Positions 19,057 to 28,834 of a stretch of 64,000 nucleotides of DNA are shown in pieces. Position numbers and translations under genes: made by a program. The first letter of the stretch is position 1. Each line of letters starts with the position of its first letter. The stretch comes from Candidatus Omnitrophota bacterium (GTDB lineage Bacteria; Omnitrophota; Gorgyraeia; Zapsychrales; Fredricksoniimonadaceae), in contig CAIVRE010000014.1 in NCBI GenBank assembly GCA_903908245.1, positions 31,963 to 95,962 on the forward strand, given 5' to 3'. The notes below the pieces were generated by a model, which was given only the letters and a program-made list of their open reading frames with translations, had not been told where the DNA came from and made no database searches.

Positions 19057-20373
19057 TCAGGTCCTTATCGGTAAATAAACAGTGAACGCTGTCCCATCCA
19101 AAGAAGGATTGCTGACATCGATCCTTCCCCCATGGTCCTCAACGATACCCTTGACGACCGTGAGACCGATCCCGAATCCGTACGGTTTGGTCGTGTACAT
19201 AAGATCGAAGATCTTCCGCTTCTGTTCGGGCCCAAGCCCGACCCCGTGATCCCTCACCTGCAATACGTACTCCCGCCCCACGGCCGTCATCGTGATCTCG
19301 ATAGAGCTCTTCGCACGGGAAGCCTCGATGGCATTGAGCAATAAATTCATCACCACCTGTTTGATCGCCTCGGCATGACAAAGCAAAAGGACCCCGGGCG
19401 CCTGGTCGCGGACCTCAAGCTTCAGATCTGCCGCCTCGATCTTCGACGCGAACAACTCCGCAACTCTCAGGATCAAGGCCGAAATATCGGCAGGGACTTT
19501 GGGCTTATTGCCGCCCCGGCGCAAATGCAGGAGATCCGTGAGCAGCCCGTCGATCCGTTCCACTTCCGATGAAATGTCATGTGCCAGCACCGCCGCATCT
19601 CCCGTAGAACGCCTGGCGATCACACTGGCCGCGCTTTTAACGACACCCAGAGGATTTCGGATCTCATGCGCGAGGTGCTGGACGAGCGTCACCGACGCTA
19701 TTTGCCTCTCCTGCTCCATCAACTGCTTCGCCTGCCGGCGCAGGACGTTCAGACTGCCGGCGCTGATGCCCAGGATGGACAGCGCCACGATGGCCATAAA
19801 ATAAACACTGTCCCTCTCCGCTTTATTGCGGGCCTTTTGAGCCTTGGCCAGGGAAGAACGGATATTTTCAAAATAAAACTGACGCAAAGGATGGCTGGCG
19901 GCCTGCAATTGGTCCAAAGAACGGATCAGGGAAGCAACCGCCAGATCTGTCGGCTTCGCACCTAACGCGGCGATCGTCCGGGTCAACTCAAGGAACGCCT
20001 GGCGTGCCGGGACCAACAACCGGGCTTCCTGTTGTTCATACTTGAGCGGATTGACCTTAGCTATCTCATCATGCTCATCACGGGCCCATGAAGAAAGGAG
20101 CCGCATGATCTCCTGCGATTTTAATTTCAATGCATCAACCGGAAGTATCCCGGCCTGCCAGGCGCTGATATCCGTTGAGATGCCCTTGAGGACATCTTCG
20201 GCAGAGACCATCCGCTGATACTCCTGCCATTCCCCCTCGAACTGGAGCTGGTAAACACGGATCCCTTCCAGATAATGCAGGCCAATACCGCCGATAACGG
20301 CAATAACAAGCCCCAGCACGGCAAATATCCAGGCGATCCTGTTGGTCAATTTGCGATAATATGATCTCATCAT
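19057..20373 (-). CDS. Membrane sensor histidine kinase
   Basis: Two TMs around a helical periplasmic domain, LAHEIRNPL, NLLLNA, DHGVG, GIGL. Confidence 0.92.
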   Translation of the reverse strand: MMRSYYRKLTNRIAWIFAVLGLVIAVIGGIGLHYLEGIRVYQLQFEGEWQEYQRMVSAEDVLKGISTDISAWQAGILPVDALKLKSQEIMRLLSSWARDEHDEIAKVNPLKYEQQEARLLVPARQAFLELTRTIAALGAKPTDLAVASLIRSLDQLQAASHPLRQFYFENIRSSLAKAQKARNKAERDSVYFMAIVALSILGISAGSLNVLRRQAKQLMEQERQIASVTLVQHLAHEIRNPLGVVKSAASVIARRSTGDAAVLAHDISSEVERIDGLLTDLLHLRRGGNKPKVPADISALILRVAELFASKIEAADLKLEVRDQAPGVLLLCHAEAIKQVVMNLLLNAIEASRAKSSIEITMTAVGREYVLQVRDHGVGLGPEQKRKIFDLMYTTKPYGFGIGLTVVKGIVEDHGGRIDVSNPSLDGTAFTVYLPIRT

Positions 20374-22118
20374 TTCCCAAGAATGCGTTTGGCCTTGGCA
20401 ATGAACGAGCCGCTGCGCGCGTTCTGCGGCTGGATCAGTGCGCGCTGCATTTCCCGTTCGGCAAGAGTTTTAGGCACATACACGCGCTCGCCGGTAAAAG
20501 GATGCATCGCCGTATGGTACATGCATGCCGATACCGTCATAGGCAACGGAATAAAATCCTGCACCTGCTCGGGGCACATGCCCCGCTTCTGCAGGGTGGC
20601 CGCACAGGCATGCGCCTCGTTGAGGTCGCACCCCGGATGAGCGGTAATAAAATAATTCGCCAGATACTGCCGGCTTTTCAGGCCGGCATTGATCTTCTCG
20701 AATTTGCGCACAAATTCTTCATACTTCTCGTGGGGAGGCTTGTTCATCAGCGCCAGCACCTTGTCATCCGTATGCTCGGGGGCCACTTTCATCTGTCCGC
20801 TCACATGATGCGCGCATATTTCCCTGAAATATTCTTCGCTTTCAGGCTCGACCAGCAGATCATAGCGCAGGCCGCTTCCGATAAAAACATGTTTGACCCC
20901 GGGGACCTGGCGGATCGCCCGGTACAGCGACAGGGCCTGGTCATACCCCGTCTTAAGCGACGGGCATCTTGACGGCATGATGCAATGCTTGTCGCGGCAG
21001 GGGCCCTGCGTTTCCCAATTGCGGCATGAAGCCGCGTATAAATTGGCTGTCGGCCCACCCACATCCGTGATGGTCCCGCGGAACGCGGTGTCTTTGGCAA
21101 TGCGGCGAACCTCATTAAGGACCGAATGCGGTGTGCGGCTTTGGATCACACGCCCCTGGTGCATGGCAAGCCCGCAGAAAGAACATTCCCCCGAACACCC
21201 GCGCACGACCGTGATCGACCAGCGCACGACCTCAAAACCCTTGACCCCTCCCTGCACGTCATAAGACGGATGCCAGCGGCGGGCGTAAGGCAGATCATAG
21301 CTTTTATCAAGCGCTTCCGATGAAAAAGGCATGGCAGGGGGTTGCTGCAATACCACGCGATCACCATGGGCTTGCGCCAACACCTTGCCAGTCAGCGGGT
21401 TCATCTCGTCATAGGCCAGCCGGAACGCCTTGTTAAAAGCCTTAGGGTCATTCGACACTTCATCAAATGAAGACAGGACAACCGCTTCCGCCGGAACATC
21501 ATCAGGCTTGACCGCAACGACTGTCCCGCACACATCCCGGATCTCCGCGCAAGGCTGCCCCTGGTGCAAGCGGTCCACCACTTCACACACCGGGCGCTCA
21601 CCCATGCCGTAAATAAGAATATCTGCTTTTGCGTCAAGCAACAAAGAGCGCCGCACTGTATCGTCCCAGTAATCATAATGCGCAAGCCGCCGCATACTGG
21701 CTTCGATCCCGCCAATAATGATCGGCAGGCCCTTGAATGCCTCTCGCAGGCGATTGGCATACACAATGCACGCCCGGTCCGGACGTTTACCTGTTTTCCC
21801 TCCCGCGGCATAGTCATCTTCCCGGCGCGCCCGCTTATTCGCCGTATAATTGGCGACCATGGAATCCACATTGCCGCCGGAAACCAGCACGCACAACCGC
21901 GGGCGGCCCATACGGATAAAATCATCCGGGCTGCGCCAGTCAGGCTGGGCAATGATCCCGACCTTATAGCCCCGGTGTTCCAGCAGGCGGCCGATCAGCG
22001 CCGTGCCATAGGACGGATGGTCCACATAAGCATCCCCCGTCACCAAAAGGACATCTAGCTCCTTCCAGCCGAGCTTTGCCATTTCCTCAAAGGACATGGG
22101 AAGGAATTTAGCGGACAT
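20370..22118 (-). CDS. ygiQ: YgiQ family radical SAM protein
   Basis: TGDAYVDHPSYG, GGIEASMRRLAHYDYW, GCSGECSFC, KVAPEH, EQVQDF. Confidence 0.92.
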   Translation of the reverse strand: MSAKFLPMSFEEMAKLGWKELDVLLVTGDAYVDHPSYGTALIGRLLEHRGYKVGIIAQPDWRSPDDFIRMGRPRLCVLVSGGNVDSMVANYTANKRARREDDYAAGGKTGKRPDRACIVYANRLREAFKGLPIIIGGIEASMRRLAHYDYWDDTVRRSLLLDAKADILIYGMGERPVCEVVDRLHQGQPCAEIRDVCGTVVAVKPDDVPAEAVVLSSFDEVSNDPKAFNKAFRLAYDEMNPLTGKVLAQAHGDRVVLQQPPAMPFSSEALDKSYDLPYARRWHPSYDVQGGVKGFEVVRWSITVVRGCSGECSFCGLAMHQGRVIQSRTPHSVLNEVRRIAKDTAFRGTITDVGGPTANLYAASCRNWETQGPCRDKHCIMPSRCPSLKTGYDQALSLYRAIRQVPGVKHVFIGSGLRYDLLVEPESEEYFREICAHHVSGQMKVAPEHTDDKVLALMNKPPHEKYEEFVRKFEKINAGLKSRQYLANYFITAHPGCDLNEAHACAATLQKRGMCPEQVQDFIPLPMTVSACMYHTAMHPFTGERVYVPKTLAEREMQRALIQPQNARSGSFIAKAKRILGK

Positions 22119-23181
22119 GCGGTTGAACTCCTATCCCCGGACGGGCTTTGGACAGGTCGAAGGCGCCTCGCGCATTAAGATAAGGCGACCGCGCCAAAGA
22201 GCCTTTAATAAAAAATGTCGTATCCAGGTCAATGAACTCAAAGACTCCAAGGCCCGCGGCAAAATGCGCCGCGGCAGTTATCGCAAGAGAGCTTTCCATC
22301 ATCGCACCGATCATAAGCCTGGCGCCTTTGGCCCTGGCAAGGCGCACGATCTCCTCGCCCTCCAGAAATCCGCTCTTCATCAATTTGATATTCACGGCAT
22401 TGACCGCGCCGCGCTGAAGCGCAAAGACCGCGGCTTTCAGCGACCCCACGCTCTCGTCAGCACAAACCAGGATGCCGGCCGATCGGGTCAAACGGGCCAA
22501 CCCATCCCAATCATCTTTCTTGACCGGCTGCTCCAGCAGCCTCGGGATCACACCTTTGGCTTTCAACTCTTTTAGGAACTTCAACATGGACGTGGCAGTA
22601 AATGCCTGATTGGCATCAATGATGATCGCCGCCTTCGGCGCGCACCGCGCAACCATCAGCACACGCTCAATATCGAGTTCCGGCTCACGCCCAACCTTGA
22701 TCTTGAACGACCGGAAACCCCGGTGAAAGAAATCCTTCGCGGCCGCACCCGCTTCCGGCAAAGAACCGATCACAACCGTAATATCCGTCGACATCTTGAC
22801 CGCCTTTTCGCCGAACAAGCGCCACAGCGGAACCTTCATCGCCCTGGAAAAAGCATCCAGCACAGCCATCTCAAATGCAGCCAGTGCGGCATGATTTCCG
22901 TCGAACTTCTCTTTAAAGGAATACAACAATGAACGAAAATCCGAAATATCCTCGCCGATCAATGCCGTCCCGGCCTCTTTCAGGTTGGCCATGGTCTGCG
23001 CAACGGTCTCACCCGTAATATGCGACGCCACCGCGGCTTCGCCAAAACCGGGCATACCATCCTCCAGCTCGATCCGGAACAGGACATTGTCCAGTTCATC
23101 ATGCTGACCAGTAGCGATACGAAAAGGGGACACCAGCGGCGCCCTGAGAGGAAGGACCTGGAATGTTTTAACGATCATCAT
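22108..23181 (-). CDS. Dipeptide (L-Ala-D/L-Glu) epimerase, enolase superfamily
   Basis: FKIKVG, DANQ, LEQP, ADES, NIKLMKSG, DLD. Confidence 0.88.
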   Translation of the reverse strand: MMIVKTFQVLPLRAPLVSPFRIATGQHDELDNVLFRIELEDGMPGFGEAAVASHITGETVAQTMANLKEAGTALIGEDISDFRSLLYSFKEKFDGNHAALAAFEMAVLDAFSRAMKVPLWRLFGEKAVKMSTDITVVIGSLPEAGAAAKDFFHRGFRSFKIKVGREPELDIERVLMVARCAPKAAIIIDANQAFTATSMLKFLKELKAKGVIPRLLEQPVKKDDWDGLARLTRSAGILVCADESVGSLKAAVFALQRGAVNAVNIKLMKSGFLEGEEIVRLARAKGARLMIGAMMESSLAITAAAHFAAGLGVFEFIDLDTTFFIKGSLARSPYLNARGAFDLSKARPGIGVQPHVR

Positions 23182-24452
23182 GTCCCTATCAACCGGTAGA
23201 TCAGCAGATACGCACCGATACCGGCCAAATATCCGGCAAGGGCAGGGAAAGAAACCTTCTTCAAATACCAGAAAAAATTGATCTTCTCCATGCCCATCAC
23301 CACAACGCCCGCCGCGCTACCGATAATAAGGATGCTGCCGCCTGTCCCGACGCTGAAAGCCAGCAATTCCCAAAGCTTGCAATCCATCGGATAACGGATC
23401 ACATCATACATCCCCATGGTCGCCGCCGTCAGCGGCACATTGTCCACGATCGCCGACAAAAGCCCGAGCAGGGTGGCAATGATATCCTTGTTATTAAAAC
23501 AATGATCCATCCACATCGCCAGGTCTCGCAAAACACCGGCTGTCTCAAGGGCCGCCACCGCCAGCAGAATACCGAGGAAAAACAGGATACTGCTCATGTC
23601 GATCTTGTGCAGCGCCTGCGGTACTTTCAAATGCTCCCGCTCCTCGCCATGCGTCATATCTGTTACCAGCCACAGCAGCCCCAGGCCGAAAAGAATGCCG
23701 ACGAACGGCGGCAATCCTGTAAGGCCTTTAAAGACCGGGACGAATATCAATGCCCCAAGCCCGAGAATAAACACGCGCCTGGCTCCAATATGTTTTTCCT
23801 CCGCCGGACGCTCCACCGCCGCGACCTCCCCCTTCATCATAAAAGAGAACCAGGCCAACGGCACAAGCATCGAAACCATGCTGGGGATGAACAACATTTC
23901 CATGATTCGAAGCGAGCTCACCCGCCCGCCGATCCACAGCATGGTGGTCGTCACATCCCCGATAGGCGTCCAGGCCCCGCCGGCATTGGCCGCGATAATG
24001 ACCATGCTGCCAAAAAGCATACGGTCCTCCCTGTCATCAACCAGGCGATGAAGGAGCGAAACCATGACGATCGCCGTCGTCAGATTATCCAGGACCGAAG
24101 AAAGAAAAAAGGTAATAAAGGAAACCACCCACAAAAGGACCCGTTTGTCCTTCACCTTCAGCATCGATGTCACAACCTGAAACCCTCCGTGCGTTTCCAT
24201 CAGCTGGACAATGGTCATGGCCCCGACCAGGAAAAAAATGATCTGGGAGGTCCCTTCCATATGATGGCCCAGGCTTTCCACCATGCCATGAGCCGAGCCG
24301 CCCGGAATCGCCGCCTGCTGCAGGGCCAACAGGACCCAGCAAACAACCGCCGTCAGCAAAGCCACGGCGGTCTTGTTCACACCGAGTTTATTCTCAAAGG
24401 CTATCGCCGAATAGCCCAGGACAAACACGACCATGATCAGGTTCTCGAACAT
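23178..24452 (-). CDS. nhaD: NhaD-type Na+/H+ antiporter
   Basis: LDNLTTAIVM, AANAGGAWTPIGDVTTTMLWIGG, SAIVDNVPL, GGSILIIGSAAGV. Confidence 0.9.
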   Translation of the reverse strand: MFENLIMVVFVLGYSAIAFENKLGVNKTAVALLTAVVCWVLLALQQAAIPGGSAHGMVESLGHHMEGTSQIIFFLVGAMTIVQLMETHGGFQVVTSMLKVKDKRVLLWVVSFITFFLSSVLDNLTTAIVMVSLLHRLVDDREDRMLFGSMVIIAANAGGAWTPIGDVTTTMLWIGGRVSSLRIMEMLFIPSMVSMLVPLAWFSFMMKGEVAAVERPAEEKHIGARRVFILGLGALIFVPVFKGLTGLPPFVGILFGLGLLWLVTDMTHGEEREHLKVPQALHKIDMSSILFFLGILLAVAALETAGVLRDLAMWMDHCFNNKDIIATLLGLLSAIVDNVPLTAATMGMYDVIRYPMDCKLWELLAFSVGTGGSILIIGSAAGVVVMGMEKINFFWYLKKVSFPALAGYLAGIGAYLLIYRLIGT

Positions 24453-24510
24453 GCTGTTCCTTTATTAAGATTTTTATCGGATATCCCCGGAAAAGGCATG
24501 ACAAAACGAA

Positions 24511-25083
24511 TCAATCTTTGGATCGCGCCGACTTGATCATATGATCGAACGCGCCCGCGAATTGCGCAAATGCCCCCGCAGCGTTCTGATAACGAAAGAA
24601 ATAAAAATTGCCCTTCACCCGCCCGATCAAAAGCTTCTCATGAGCAGCGACCAGAGGCACGTTGTGCGACATGCTCAGGATCGCCATATATGTCATATCC
24701 AGGACGACCGCGGGCTGCCCCAGCCAAAAGCCTTGCGCCCTCTTATCAAGTTTAAACCCGGAAAACTTTTCGCGCCTGGCAAGAATATCCGCCGCCGCTG
24801 CCTCAAGATCATCTTTAGTCCCAAGGTGCGCCGCATCCTTGACCGTTAACGAAATGACCGCCTCCTTTATCGCGTCCGGAGCAAGAAAAGAAACCTGGGC
24901 ATAACTGCTCCCGGCCCCGCGCGTCTCCCGAGCGGTCCATCCGGCAATCTTGTCCATCGTCACATTCAACAACGGGTCCTTGCTAACATATTTCTCATAT
25001 AAAAAAGGACTGCCGCAACCCCAAATTCCCGACATCAATATTACCGCCATAAGAAACCCTGCCAATTCTTTATGCCTTGTCAT
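24511..25083 (-). CDS. Putative lipoprotein, possibly PsbP/DcrB-like fold
   Basis: Start re-assigned to MTRHKELAG (ATG 25083). Lipobox-like IWG|C; 'GQPAVVLDMTY...FYFFRY...FDHMIKS' resembles the PsbP-like pattern. Confidence 0.55.
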   Translation of the reverse strand: MTRHKELAGFLMAVILMSGIWGCGSPFLYEKYVSKDPLLNVTMDKIAGWTARETRGAGSSYAQVSFLAPDAIKEAVISLTVKDAAHLGTKDDLEAAAADILARREKFSGFKLDKRAQGFWLGQPAVVLDMTYMAILSMSHNVPLVAAHEKLLIGRVKGNFYFFRYQNAAGAFAQFAGAFDHMIKSARSKD

Positions 25084-25099
25084 ATTTCCCCTTGATTGA

Positions 25100-26398
25100 T
25101 CAATACTCCGGAAGGCCCTGTCCTTGATACGCCAGCCGAACGCCCTCCCTGAAGACCTCAGGGCCCTGCTGATACCACGAAAGCCATCCATCATTAAAGG
25201 CATCCGTTGTGTCACCCTTGACTTCCTCCCAAAGGAGCATCGCATTACACATCGCATTATACTCCTGATCGATCGAATTACCCGGAATAGAAATATCACT
25301 ATAAGTAAGCTCAGGATGACGCTGAAGGGTCTTCTCGATCCACACATCCGGATGGTTGTAATAATCCGCATGGGTCGCCTCATGGGCCAGGATCGCCGCC
25401 AAGGCCCCTGGAGGATTATCTTTAAAATCCTCATTCAATTCAATACTGCCATGTGGGGGAGACGGATAAAAATACCCGCCCGCCCCATCCATTGGCGCCC
25501 AATTCACAGGGACCCCCAGGGACTCGATCAACTTGTACGCATAGCCGGCACTCGGGGAATCCTTTAAAACCTCCATGACCGGTGCAAGCCCATCCGCGAT
25601 CAATGCTCCACTGCCTGCCGGAAGGTCCAGATAGGACCACCCGCCATAGATCGCGGAATCAACCGGAACAACCGGCTTGACCGCCGCGCCACCGCCACCA
25701 ATTATTCCGCCGCCTCCGGTCCCGCCGCCTGTCGTTCCACCCCCTGTCGTTCCGCCCCCGCTGGACCCTCCACCACCGGATCCACCTCCGGATCCGCCGC
25801 CGCTTGCGCCACCCCCGCCGGACCCGCCGCCGCTGGCCCCGCCCCCGCTGGAACCTCCGCCACCGGATCCGCCCCCGCTTGTCCCGCCGGAAGCAGCACC
25901 CCCCGTTCCACCGGAAGAACCTCCCCCGCCGGAATCCGCCTGATTCGGGATCAGAAACGGCTCATAACCGGTAGTAATGATCCCCTGATTATTGGCCGCC
26001 ACAACAATCGGCGCCTGCGGGACAGTCCCTTGCGCCGCGAAAGCCGAAAGGTCCGCATCGATCCTTTTGGCGATGACCGTATAATCATTGCTGGTTACAC
26101 CCACCACCGAATATTCATAATTCTTCGGCGTGATCCTGATATCCATCCCGGCATTGACCTCGGCCGCATTCTGGGCAGCGACATACTGCCCCGTCAGCTC
26201 CTTGGTCCTTTCCTCTGCCCGGCGGATCGCCCCGACATTCACATACGCTTCCGCAACCTCGGCCTTCTTGATCTGCTTGCTAAAACAAACCAATGCCAAC
26301 GCGGCCAATAACGCCACAATAACGAAAGCAATAATGATCTCAACGATCGTGAACGCGGCTTTCCGGAATTTCATCGATCCCGACAGATAACGACTCAT
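25100..26398 (-). CDS. Type IV pilin-like protein fused to an HExxH metallopeptidase-like domain
   Basis: KAA|FTIVEIII prepilin motif, pilin head, about 80-aa Gly/Ser linker, LAHEATH...DQEYNA. Confidence 0.75.
   Translation of the reverse strand: MSRYLSGSMKFRKAAFTIVEIIIAFVIVALLAALALVCFSKQIKKAEVAEAYVNVGAIRRAEERTKELTGQYVAAQNAAEVNAGMDIRITPKNYEYSVVGVTSNDYTVIAKRIDADLSAFAAQGTVPQAPIVVAANNQGIITTGYEPFLIPNQADSGGGGSSGGTGGAASGGTSGGGSGGGGSSGGGASGGGSGGGGASGGGSGGGSGGGGSSGGGTTGGGTTGGGTGGGGIIGGGGAAVKPVVPVDSAIYGGWSYLDLPAGSGALIADGLAPVMEVLKDSPSAGYAYKLIESLGVPVNWAPMDGAGGYFYPSPPHGSIELNEDFKDNPPGALAAILAHEATHADYYNHPDVWIEKTLQRHPELTYSDISIPGNSIDQEYNAMCNAMLLWEEVKGDTTDAFNDGWLSWYQQGPEVFREGVRLAYQGQGLPEY
25680..25935 (-). 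repeat. Low-complexity Gly-rich linker (GGGS/GGGT repeats)
   Basis: SGGGGSSGG-type repeats within the pilin fusion. Confidence 0.9.
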
Positions 26399-26476
26399 AT
26401 CATTCCCTCTGGCCCCCGGTCATACTACTATAAAGATTATCATAAAGTGCATATGCCCGCCAGGAACGCACCAAAT

Positions 26477-26511
26477 AAAAAACCCCCTGCAAGTTTCCCT
26501 GCAGGGGGTTT
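26477..26511 (-). terminator. Intrinsic terminator of the cold-shock gene
   Basis: AAACCCCCTGCA...TGCAGGGGGTTT hairpin with a U-tract on the minus strand. Confidence 0.8.
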
Positions 26512-26533
26512 ATGGGTTCATTTCTGAAACGAA

Positions 26534-26734
26534 TTAGAGCTTAACAACGTTCTTAGCCTGTTCGCCCTTCGGACCTGTGGTGATCTCAAACTCGACCGCC
26601 TGGCCTTCGCTCAAAGATTTGTAGCCCTCACCCACGATCGCACTGTGATGCACGAAAACGTCCTTTCCGGACTCGGGGGTAATAAAGCCAAAACCTTTCT
26701 TGTCATCAAACCACTTAACTTTGCCACTTGCCAT
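26534..26734 (-). CDS. cspA: Cold-shock protein
   Basis: [27 protein letters not shown], 66 aa; AGGAGG RBS. Confidence 0.97.
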   Translation of the reverse strand: MASGKVKWFDDKKGFGFITPESGKDVFVHHSAIVGEGYKSLSEGQAVEFEITTGPKGEQAKNVVKL

Positions 26735-26786
26735 ATTATGTTCCTCCTTTCGAACAAATTTGAGATTAAGTACGGCAGAGCAAAAT

Positions 26787-26824
26787 AAAAAAACCGCCGG
26801 GCACACTACCTTCTACCCTGCGGT
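26787..26824 (-). promoter_or_regulatory. Terminator-like hairpin in the csp 5' leader
   Basis: ACCGCaGGGUA...UGCCCgGCGGU + U tract, lying between promoter and RBS. Confidence 0.6.
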
Positions 26825-26858
26825 CTAAGATCATTTGTGCTCACTTAACTCATGAAGA

Positions 26859-26886
26859 AGTATAAACTATTTTCTGAAAATGTCAA
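26859..26886 (-). promoter_or_regulatory. Sigma70 promoter of csp
   Basis: TTGACA-16 nt-TATACT. Confidence 0.7.
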
Positions 26887-26915
26887 CCAAATATTATCAC
26901 CGGCACACACAGCCC

Positions 26916-28820
26916 TCAGGAACCGGCCTCATTCCGCTTCGCTTCCAGCTCTTCCCAGCGACGATAAAGATCGACTATGGCAAAAGCCAGCCCTTCCGAA
27001 CGGGACTTGGCCCCGGCGATCTCGTCGGGGTCTTTTTTATAAAATTCCGGGTCCGCCAGTAATGCGCATAATTTGGTTTGCTCGTACTCCATCTCTTCGA
27101 TCTTGCCCGCAAAACTTTCCAGCTCGCGCATTTCCTTGAACGACAGCTTCCCGGCAGTGGAAGGCTTTTCCGCCGCCGCGCTCTTTTTCCCCGGCCGGTC
27201 TTCCGGCTGGACAGGCCCGACCCCGTTGGCTTTCTGCTGCAGCCAGTCATCATACCCGCCCGGATATTCATTGATATCGCCATTGCCCTCAAAGACCAGC
27301 GTTGAGGTCACCACATTATTGAGAAAAGACCGGTCATGGCTGACCAGGATCAGCGTTCCGGTGTATTCCACCAGAAGCTCCTCAAGAAGCTCCAGTGTTT
27401 CTATATCCAGGTCATTGGTCGGCTCGTCCATCACAAGGACATTCGCCGGCTTGGTGAATAACCGCGCCAGGAAGAGGCGATTGCGCTCTCCGCCCGAAAG
27501 GACCCTCACGGGCGTACGCGCCCGGTCAGGCGTGAACAGGAAATCCTGCAGGTACCCGATGACATGCCGCGGCTTGCCGTTGATCATCACACTGTCGGCT
27601 TCACCGGAAATGTTCTCGATGACCGTCTTGTTCTCGTCCAACCCTTCACGCAATTGATCGTAGTAAGCCACCTGCAGTTCGGTGCCGAAACGGATGGACC
27701 CTTTCGTGGGCGGCATTTTATTGAGCAGGATCCGCAGGAACGTGCTTTTCCCGCAGCCGTTCGCGCCGATGACCCCGATCTTGTCGCCGCGCATGATATT
27801 GGCCGAAAAATCACGAATCAGGCATTTATCGCCGTAAGAAAAACCGATACGGGAAGCCTTGACGATCAGATGGCCCGAAAGTTCGGTCTCCTGCGCCCTC
27901 ATCCGCACGACTCCGTCGCGCTGACGCAGCCTTCTTTTGGCCTCGCGCATCTCCTCGAGCGCCTTCACCCGGCCTTCATTGCGGCAGCGGCGCGCCTTGA
28001 CCCCCTGGCGCACCCAGACCTCTTCTTCGGCGAGCTTCTTGCCGAACTTGGCCAGACGGGCGCCTTCGATGGTGTCATTGAGCGCGCTGCGTTCCAGATA
28101 CTCGCGATAGCCGCACGACCAGCTGAACAGCTTGCCCCGATCGATTTCCAGGATACGCGTGGTCAAATGCTCCATGAACTGCCGGTCATGCGTAATAAAG
28201 AATACAGTGCCGGGATATTCCTTAAGGAAACCTTCCAGCCAGATGATGGAATCAATATCCAGATGGTTGGTCGGCTCATCAAGAAGAAGGATATCGGGCT
28301 TGCGGACCAGCGCGCGGGCCAAAAGCGCGCGGCGCTTCTGACCGCCGGAAAGGCTCGAAAATTCATCATCACCATTAAGTTTCAGTTTCGCAACAACCTC
28401 CTCCGCCTGATGGTCAAGCTCCCAGCCGTTGGTGCGGTCGAGTTCGGCCTGAAGCACGTCAAGCCTGCGAAGGATCTCTTTGGAATGGTCGGTATGCAGA
28501 AGATGCGTCACATGATGATAATCCTTCAGGAGGGTCGCACGCTCCCCCAGCCCCGAAAGCGCGACCTCAAAAACCGTCCCCTCGACATCCTGGGGAACAT
28601 CCTGCGGCAGATACGCCACCTCGATGCCTTTTTGAAAACATACGACCCCGTCGTCCGGACCGGTCTCGCCGGCCAGAAGGCGCATCATGGTGGTCTTTCC
28701 GGCGCCGTTGCGCCCCAGGAGCGCCACACGCTCGCGGGCCTCCAGCTGCAGGCTCACGCCGTCAAGCACACGAGGGCCGCCGAAAGCAACGACAACATCC
28801 TGTAAACTGATCAGAGCCAT
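26916..28820 (-). CDS. uup: ABC-F ATPase Uup
   Basis: Two ABC domains (GRNGAGKT/LSGGQ/DEPTNHLD; GANGCGKS/LSGGE/DEPTNDLD), EEVWVRQGVKARR linker, LYRRWEELE tail. Confidence 0.92.
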   Translation of the reverse strand: MALISLQDVVVAFGGPRVLDGVSLQLEARERVALLGRNGAGKTTMMRLLAGETGPDDGVVCFQKGIEVAYLPQDVPQDVEGTVFEVALSGLGERATLLKDYHHVTHLLHTDHSKEILRRLDVLQAELDRTNGWELDHQAEEVVAKLKLNGDDEFSSLSGGQKRRALLARALVRKPDILLLDEPTNHLDIDSIIWLEGFLKEYPGTVFFITHDRQFMEHLTTRILEIDRGKLFSWSCGYREYLERSALNDTIEGARLAKFGKKLAEEEVWVRQGVKARRCRNEGRVKALEEMREAKRRLRQRDGVVRMRAQETELSGHLIVKASRIGFSYGDKCLIRDFSANIMRGDKIGVIGANGCGKSTFLRILLNKMPPTKGSIRFGTELQVAYYDQLREGLDENKTVIENISGEADSVMINGKPRHVIGYLQDFLFTPDRARTPVRVLSGGERNRLFLARLFTKPANVLVMDEPTNDLDIETLELLEELLVEYTGTLILVSHDRSFLNNVVTSTLVFEGNGDINEYPGGYDDWLQQKANGVGPVQPEDRPGKKSAAAEKPSTAGKLSFKEMRELESFAGKIEEMEYEQTKLCALLADPEFYKKDPDEIAGAKSRSEGLAFAIVDLYRRWEELEAKRNEAGS

Positions 28821-28834
28821 AAACCAACCCGAAT

